DNA of 50,565 nt from Betaproteobacteria bacterium (GTDB lineage: Bacteria; Pseudomonadota; Gammaproteobacteria; Burkholderiales; SG8-41). Within the stretch, counting starts at the first letter, position 1. Each line of letters opens with the position of its first letter. Shown here one piece after another: positions 44,941 through 50,565 of the stretch. Location of the stretch: assembly GCA_052386775.1 (NCBI GenBank), contig JBQTJV010000041.1, positions 1 to 50,565 of the forward strand, written 5' to 3'. The position numbers and the translations under genes were made by a program. Under the pieces are notes generated by a model. It was not told the DNA's origin, did no database searches, and was given only the letters and a program-made list of their open reading frames with translations.

Positions 44941-45566
44941 ACGAAAACGCGCTGCGCGAGCAGATGGTCGAAACAGGAAGATCGTTGTACCAGCGCGGGC
45001 TCGCGCACGGCTCGGCCGGGAATATCAGCGTCCAGTTGAAGGATGGCTGGCTGATGACGCCGACCAGCTCGTGCCTGGGGCGTCTCGATCCCGCGCGCAT
45101 ATCGCGCCTGGACTTGCAGGGCAAGCTCATGTCGGGGGACAAGCCGTCCAAGGAAACCTTGCTCCACATCGCGATGTATCGCGCGCGCGGCGCCGGCGCG
45201 GTCGTGCACCTGCATTGCGCGCACGCGGTCGCCATATCGTGTCTCGCCGACATCGACGCGGGCGACGTGTTTCCGCCGATCACGGCGTACGCGATCATGC
45301 AGGTGGGAAAGCTGGCGCTCGCGCCGTACTACCCGCCCGGAGACGAGTCGCTGGCCGAAGCGGTGCGCAAACTGGCCGGAAAACATCACGCCATCCTGCT
45401 GGCCAACCATGGTCCCGTCGTCTCCGGTTCCACGCTCGATGCCGCCGTGAACGCGATCGAAGAGCTGGAGCAGACGGCGAAGCTCGTGCTGTTGCTGCGC
45501 GGGCAGGCCCTGCGCCTGCTGACTCCCGACGAGGTTTCGGAGCTGAACCGCCGCTTTTCGAGTTAG
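44937..45566 (+). CDS. otnC: Class II aldolase/adducin family protein, 3-oxo-tetronate 4-phosphate decarboxylase-like
   Basis: GSAGNISV and VHLHCAHAVAIS (metal-binding His region). 209 aa. ATGA overlap with the kinase gene. Confidence 0.72.
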   Translation: MNENALREQMVETGRSLYQRGLAHGSAGNISVQLKDGWLMTPTSSCLGRLDPARISRLDLQGKLMSGDKPSKETLLHIAMYRARGAGAVVHLHCAHAVAISCLADIDAGDVFPPITAYAIMQVGKLALAPYYPPGDESLAEAVRKLAGKHHAILLANHGPVVSGSTLDAAVNAIEELEQTAKLVLLLRGQALRLLTPDEVSELNRRFSS

Positions 45567-45641
45567 CACGGTTGCCGCGACGCGTCAACGGCAGCTAAAC
45601 TCGCGCAGTCGCAGCACCGCCATTGTACCGAGGAGATTCCC

Positions 45642-46652
45642 ATGCATCCGCTCGTCGCGATCGCCGGCGCGCTCTTCGTCTCGACCACAATCCTGCCTGC
45701 CTCCGCGCAATCCACGCTCGATACGGTGCGCTCGCGCGGATATCTGCAGTGCGGCGTCAACACCGGGCTTGCGGGCTTCTCGCAGCCGGACTCCAAAGGC
45801 GTCTGGCGCGGCATCGATGTGGATTTGTGCCGCGCGGTTTCCGCCGCGGTGTTTGGTGATGCGAACAAGGTCCGCTATACGCCGCTCACGTCCCAGCAGC
45901 GATTCACCGCGCTGCAATCGGGCGAGATCGATATCCTTGCCCGCAACACGACCTGGACCGTTGCGCGCGATACCGGCCTGGGACTCAACTTCGTCGGCGT
46001 CAATTACTACGATGGCCAGGGTTTCATCGTGCCTGTGAAGCTCAACGTCAAGAGCGCGAAGGAGCTGAATGGCGCCACGATCTGCGTGCAGCCGGGGACC
46101 ACCAACGAACTCAATGTCGCCGACTACTTTCGTGCCAACGCGATGAAGTTCAGGCCGGTGGTGATCGAAAAACTCGAAGAGGTGCTCAATGCCTACTTCT
46201 CCGGCCGCTGCGATGTCTACACCACCGACGTGTCGGGTCTCGTTTCGATTCGCGCCTCGCGCGCGCCGAATCCCGCCGAGCATGTCATTCTCCCCGAAGT
46301 GATCTCGAAAGAGCCGCTCGGGCCCGCGGTGCGGCATGGCGACGATCGCTGGTTCGATGTCGTGAAATGGTCGCTGTACGCGATGATCGAGGCGGAGGAA
46401 CTGGGCCTTTCGTCCAAGTCGATCGACCGGCATCTCAAGAGTGCGAGCCCGGCGATCCAGCGCTTCATCGGGGCGAGCGGCGGCATCGGAAAGGGTCTTG
46501 GCGTCGACAATCGCTGGGCCTACAACATCGTGAAGCAGGTCGGCAATTACGGCGAAAGCTTCGAGCGCAACCTCGCGCCGCTCGGATTCGAGCGCGGTCT
46601 CAACCGGCTGTGGAACCAGGGCGGACTCATGTACGCGCCTCCGGTCAGGTAA
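45642..46652 (+). CDS. aapJ: General L-amino acid ABC transporter substrate-binding protein
   Basis: Collinear with remembered Rhizobium AapJ: QCGVNTGLAGF, RFTALQSGEIDILARNTTWT, YYDGQGF, RCDVYTTD, ISKEPLGPAVR, MYAPPVR. Confidence 0.88.
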   Translation: MHPLVAIAGALFVSTTILPASAQSTLDTVRSRGYLQCGVNTGLAGFSQPDSKGVWRGIDVDLCRAVSAAVFGDANKVRYTPLTSQQRFTALQSGEIDILARNTTWTVARDTGLGLNFVGVNYYDGQGFIVPVKLNVKSAKELNGATICVQPGTTNELNVADYFRANAMKFRPVVIEKLEEVLNAYFSGRCDVYTTDVSGLVSIRASRAPNPAEHVILPEVISKEPLGPAVRHGDDRWFDVVKWSLYAMIEAEELGLSSKSIDRHLKSASPAIQRFIGASGGIGKGLGVDNRWAYNIVKQVGNYGESFERNLAPLGFERGLNRLWNQGGLMYAPPVR

Positions 46653-46661
46653 AGTCGGTCG

Positions 46662-47816
46662 GTGAGACGGCTATCGAGCGACCCGCGTCTGCGGGGCTTG
46701 ATCTACCAGGCGTCGGCGGTAGGCGCCACGGTAGCGCTCGCCTGGTTTCTCGTCTCGAACACGATCGACAATCTCACGCAGCGCCAGATCGCGAGCGGCT
46801 TTGCGTTTCTCGGCCGCGAGGCGGGCTTTGCGATCGGCGAGTCCACGCTCTTCACGTACAGCGCAGCCGATACCTATCTGAAGGCGCTGGCGGTGGGCGT
46901 TGCGAACACGCTGCGCGTCGCCCTGGTCGGCATCGTGGCTGCGACGGTGCTGGGCGCGCTTATCGGCCTCGCGCGCCTTTCGCGCAACTGGCTGCTGGCG
47001 AGGCTTGCCGCGGGCTACGTCGAATTCATACGCAACGTCCCGCTGCTGGTCCAGCTCTTCTTCATTTACGCATTGATCACCGAGTACACGCCCGCACCGC
47101 GTGAAGCGATCGAGTTTCTTCCCGGCTGGCACCTGTCCAATCGCGGCCTTTTCATACCGGTGCCGGCTGCGCATCCCGTGCACGCCTGGATCCTGGCCGC
47201 GCTGGCTGGCGGGGTCGTGGCGGCCATCGGGTTCGCGCGCTGGGCTGCACGTCGCCGGGCACGCACCGGTACGGCGCCACCGGTACTCGAGCTGACGCTG
47301 GCATTGGTATTGATTCCACCGGCGCTGATCTTCGTCGCAGGCGGCGCGCCGGTCGAATTCGACACCCCGCGCCTGGCAGGTTTCAATTTCTCGGGTGGCC
47401 TGGCGCTCACGCCCGAATTTGCGGCCCTGACCGGCGGGCTGATCGTCTACACCGCGGCTTTCATTGCCGAGATCGTGCGCGCGGGCATCCTGGCGATACC
47501 GCAGGGGCAGTTCGAAGCGGCCTATGCACTGGGGTTGCGCAGGCCTCGAGCGTTGCGGCTGGTGATTCTCCCACAGGCGCTGCGGGTGATCGTTCCTCCG
47601 CTGACCAATCAGTATCTCAACCTCACCAAGAACAGCTCGCTCGCCGTCGCGATCGGCTATCCGGACCTGGTGTCCATCGCCAACACGGCGATCAACCAGA
47701 CCGGTCAGGCGGTGGAAGGCATCGCGGTCATCATGGCGGTCTATCTCACCATCAGCCTCACGATCTCCGTCTTGATGAACGGGTACAACGCGCGGATGGC
47801 ACGGCGCGGCCTATGA
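46662..47816 (+). CDS. aapQ: General L-amino acid ABC transporter permease
   Basis: Multi-pass hydrophobic protein of ~384 aa. Follows aapJ and is ATGA-coupled to the next permease gene. Has the conserved FIAEIVRAGI...LRRPRALRLVILPQALRVIVPPLTNQYLNL region. Confidence 0.82.
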   Translation: MRRLSSDPRLRGLIYQASAVGATVALAWFLVSNTIDNLTQRQIASGFAFLGREAGFAIGESTLFTYSAADTYLKALAVGVANTLRVALVGIVAATVLGALIGLARLSRNWLLARLAAGYVEFIRNVPLLVQLFFIYALITEYTPAPREAIEFLPGWHLSNRGLFIPVPAAHPVHAWILAALAGGVVAAIGFARWAARRRARTGTAPPVLELTLALVLIPPALIFVAGGAPVEFDTPRLAGFNFSGGLALTPEFAALTGGLIVYTAAFIAEIVRAGILAIPQGQFEAAYALGLRRPRALRLVILPQALRVIVPPLTNQYLNLTKNSSLAVAIGYPDLVSIANTAINQTGQAVEGIAVIMAVYLTISLTISVLMNGYNARMARRGL

Positions 47817-48922
47817 CACGGATAGCGGAAACAAACTTCAGCAAGGCGCCGGTTCGAGCGGGGGCGGTCCCGCTTCTCGGCTGGATACGGAGCAATCTTT
47901 TTCCCAATGTGCTGAGCGGTTTCGTCACCCTCGCGCTGCTTTTTCTGGCATGGCGCACACTGCCGCCGCTCATCGACTGGGCGTTTCTCGATGCCGTCTG
48001 GAGCGCGCATGACCCGAAAGCATGCCGCGCCGCGAGCGCAGGCGCATGCTGGGCGTTCGTAGCAGAGAAGCACCGCTTCATCCTGTTCGGCACCTATCCC
48101 TACGAAGAACACTGGCGGCCCGCGCTCGCTGTTGTAGTGCTCGTCGCCTTGTGGACGGCAAGCCTGGTTCCCTGCTTCTGGAAGCGCTGGCTGCCGCTGG
48201 TGTGGTGCTTCGGGATTGCCCTCATCGGTGTCCTGATGTGGGGCGGGGTGCCGGGCCTGCGGTATGTGGAGAACGAGCGCTGGGGCGGGCTGATACTGAC
48301 TTTGCTGCTGACGACCTTCGGCATCGGCGGTGCCTTTCCGCTCGCGGTGCTGCTGGCGCTGGCGCGGCGTTCGCGGATGCCGGTGCTGCGGGGGCTCGCC
48401 GTCGGCTTCATCGAGCTCGTCCGCGGCGTGCCGCTGATTTCGCTGCTGTTCATGGCCTCCGTCATGCTGCCGCTGTTCCTGCCGTCGGGCGTGAGCATCG
48501 ACAAGCTGCTGCGCGCGCAGATTGCCCTCATCCTGTTTGCCGCGGCCTATCTGGCCGAAGTCGTGCGCGGCGGGCTGCAGGCGGTACCGCGGGGCCAGTA
48601 TGAGGCGGCCGATGCACTGGGGCTTCCCTATTGGAGAACGACGCTGCTCATCATCCTGCCGCAGGCGCTGAGGATCGCGATCCCGCCGCTGGTCAACAGC
48701 TTTATCGGTTTCTTCAAGGATACCTCCCTGGTGCTCATCATCGGCCTCTTCGATTTGCTTTCTACCGTGAAAGTGGCACTTACGGATCCGGCGTGGTCAG
48801 GGTTCGGCGTGGAGGCCTATCTTTTCGCCTCATTGGTGTACTTCGCGTTCTGCCATGCCATGTCGCGCTACAGCCAGCGCCTCGAGTGGAAGCTCGCCCG
48901 GGCCGAGGGAGGCAGGCGGTGA
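47813..48922 (+). CDS. aapM: General L-amino acid ABC transporter permease
   Basis: Hydrophobic, 369 aa. Has the conserved YLAEVVRGGLQAVPRGQYEAADALGL...ILPQALRIAIPPLVN region of polar amino acid permeases. Confidence 0.82.
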   Translation: MTRIAETNFSKAPVRAGAVPLLGWIRSNLFPNVLSGFVTLALLFLAWRTLPPLIDWAFLDAVWSAHDPKACRAASAGACWAFVAEKHRFILFGTYPYEEHWRPALAVVVLVALWTASLVPCFWKRWLPLVWCFGIALIGVLMWGGVPGLRYVENERWGGLILTLLLTTFGIGGAFPLAVLLALARRSRMPVLRGLAVGFIELVRGVPLISLLFMASVMLPLFLPSGVSIDKLLRAQIALILFAAAYLAEVVRGGLQAVPRGQYEAADALGLPYWRTTLLIILPQALRIAIPPLVNSFIGFFKDTSLVLIIGLFDLLSTVKVALTDPAWSGFGVEAYLFASLVYFAFCHAMSRYSQRLEWKLARAEGGRR

Positions 48923-49665
48923 TGAACCCTTCGGCAATGGTCGAAATGGAAAAAGTGAGCAAGTGGTTCGGCGATTTCCAGGCGCTGAAGGACGTCGATC
49001 TGCAGGTTGGGCGGGGCGAAAAGTATGTCGTTTGCGGGCCGTCCGGGTCGGGCAAGTCCACACTGATCCGGCTCATCAACCGGCTGGAGGCGCATCAGTC
49101 AGGCCGCGTGCGGGTGAACGGCATCGAGCTGGATGACGACCTGCGCAGGATCGACGCGGTGCGGCGCGAGGTCGGCATGGTGTTCCAGAGCTTCAATCTC
49201 TTTCCGCACCTCACGGTGCTCGAGAATCTCACGCTGGCCCCGGTCTGGGTACACCATGTGCCGCCGCACGAAGCGAAGGCGCTGGCGATGGACCTGCTGG
49301 AGCGGGTGCGCATTCCCGAGCAGGCCGCCAAGTATCCGGGGCAACTGTCCGGCGGCCAGCAGCAGCGGGTCGCGATCGCCCGCGCGTTGTGCATGAGGCC
49401 CAAGCTCATGCTGTTCGACGAGCCCACCTCCGCGCTGGATCCCGAGATGATCAAGGAGGTGCTGGACGTCATGGTGGAACTCGCGGCCGAGGGCATGACC
49501 ATGATCGTGGTTACGCACGAGATGGGATTCGCGCGCGGCGTCGCCGATCGCATCGTGTTCATGGATGGCGGGGAGATCGTCGAGTCCGCGCCGCCCGCCG
49601 AATTTTTCTCGTCGCCAAGAACGGCGCGCGCGCAGATATTCCTGAGCCAGATTCTCGGCCACTGA
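48922..49665 (+). CDS. aapP: General L-amino acid ABC transporter ATP-binding protein
   Basis: Walker A GPSGSGKST, signature LSGGQQQRVAIARAL, Walker B LMLFDEPTSALD. ATG 48922 (or GTG 48919) overlaps the aapM stop. Confidence 0.9.
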   Translation: MNPSAMVEMEKVSKWFGDFQALKDVDLQVGRGEKYVVCGPSGSGKSTLIRLINRLEAHQSGRVRVNGIELDDDLRRIDAVRREVGMVFQSFNLFPHLTVLENLTLAPVWVHHVPPHEAKALAMDLLERVRIPEQAAKYPGQLSGGQQQRVAIARALCMRPKLMLFDEPTSALDPEMIKEVLDVMVELAAEGMTMIVVTHEMGFARGVADRIVFMDGGEIVESAPPAEFFSSPRTARAQIFLSQILGH

Positions 49666-49796
49666 GCGCCGGGGCATCGTTGACAAAGGCGGCACCGCGT
49701 GCAACATTCCGGCTGAAAGCCAGTAAGTCTTTCGCCACGCGCCGTCTTTCCGGTGCATCCTACAAAAGACGCGGCTGCATTTCGAGAGGAGAAATT

Positions 49797-50565
49797 ATGT
49801 CTGTCGTCAGCAAAGCGTTGAGTCGTTCGCCCGTGCGCGCCATCGTGCTGGGCGTGCTCGCCTCGTGCGTGCTCGTGCCGCAGGTCTCGGCGCAGAATTA
49901 TCCGACGCGAACGGTGCGCATGATCCTGCCTTTTCCGCCGGGCGGGCCCACTGATATCACAGGACGCGTGATCGCGCAGAAACTGTCCGAGCAGCTCGGT
50001 CAGCCGGTGGTGCCGGACAACCGCCCCGGTGCAGCAGGAAATATCGGCCTCGAACTCGCCGCCAAATCCCCGCCGGACGGCTACACCATCGTGCTGACAG
50101 CGCCGCCCATTGCGATCAGCCCGTCGCTGTACAAGAAGCTCAACTACGACGCCGAGAAGGAGCTTGCACCGATTTCGCTGGTCGCGGAAATCCAGAACAT
50201 CATCGTGGCGCACAACTCCGTACCCGTGAAAAACCTGAAGGACCTCATCGCGCTGGCGCAGCGCAATCCCGGCAAGTTGACGTTCAGTTCGAGCGGCGCC
50301 GGCAGCACCAATCATCTCGCCAGCGAACTGCTGAAAGGCCGCTACAAGCTCGACATCATCCACGTGCCGTTCAAAGGTTCGAGCCCTGCCCTGGTGGCGC
50401 TCATGAGCGGGCAGGTGGACTGGGGAACGATGGCGGTGCCCGGCGCCATCCCGCTGGTGAACGCGGGCAAGGTGCGCGGCCTCGCGGTGCTTTCGGAGAA
50501 GCGGGTGCCGGCGCTGCCTAACATCCCGACCGCCGTGGAATCGGGCGTGCAGGACTTCGTGATGT
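49797..50565 (+). CDS. Bug family (TctC-like) substrate-binding protein, 3' end beyond the window
   Basis: Not in the ORF track because no stop is reached. ATG 49797 after GAGAGGAG. Signal peptide ending VSAQ, then YPTRTVRMILPFPPGGPTD, PDNRPGAAGN, PDGYTIVL, HVPFKGS. The frame is open to 50565. Confidence 0.85.
   Translation, partial: MSVVSKALSRSPVRAIVLGVLASCVLVPQVSAQNYPTRTVRMILPFPPGGPTDITGRVIAQKLSEQLGQPVVPDNRPGAAGNIGLELAAKSPPDGYTIVLTAPPIAISPSLYKKLNYDAEKELAPISLVAEIQNIIVAHNSVPVKNLKDLIALAQRNPGKLTFSSSGAGSTNHLASELLKGRYKLDIIHVPFKGSSPALVALMSGQVDWGTMAVPGAIPLVNAGKVRGLAVLSEKRVPALPNIPTAVESGVQDFVM

Noticed and set aside
49680-49708. Sigma-70-like promoter TTGACA-N17-AACATT upstream of the last Bug gene
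   Set aside because: The -35 box is perfect, but the -10 box matches consensus at only 3 of 6 positions. There is not enough evidence to call it a feature.

Overview
High-GC, gene-dense proteobacterial chromosomal segment. The paralog expansion described below suggests Burkholderiales, but that is inference only. I recognised no rRNA, tRNA, CRISPR array, transposase, integrase or phage genes.

The main theme is 12 paralogous Bug/TctC-type periplasmic solute-binding protein genes (tripartite tricarboxylate transporter family). No TctA/TctB membrane partner is present in the window. The Bug genes are interleaved with soluble enzymes arranged in modules:
- acyl-CoA ligase, Gfo/Idh/MocA oxidoreductase, cyclase and MmgE/PrpD with three Bug genes (1154-9475)
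- a CysB-type LysR regulator divergent from a long operon of ThDP enzyme, cupins, Bug genes and an FMN-dependent 2-hydroxyacid oxidase (15292-24194)
- ThDP enzyme, two SMP-30 lactonase-like genes and a Bug gene (25034-29709)
- ThDP enzyme, Bug, ICL/PEP-mutase-family protein and Bug (29852-34527)
- amidohydrolase_2, MmgE/PrpD and Bug (36166-39649)
- IPMDH-like and Asp/Glu-racemase-like genes divergent from Bug, Bug, OtnK and OtnC (39715-45566)
- a complete AapJQMP-type general amino acid ABC transporter (45642-49665)

These blocks are interrupted at about 9.5-15.2 kb by a segment that looks lower in GC. It carries a tight minus-strand operon (PhzF-like, zinc-ribbon, small exported protein, Tat-signal CDA-fold deaminase, DenV-like glycosylase), a FAD-Rieske fusion oxidoreductase, an NTF2-like protein and an ArsR-type regulator.

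The non-coding signals worth most attention:
- A ~165-bp palindromic MITE-like element occurs twice. Each copy supplies the start codon and signal-peptide core of a different Bug gene.
- REP-like palindromic units fill two intra-operon spacers.

Many long ORFs in the supplied track are antisense or off-frame shadows typical of high-GC DNA and were rejected. All family assignments rest on motifs read by eye. No database search was possible.
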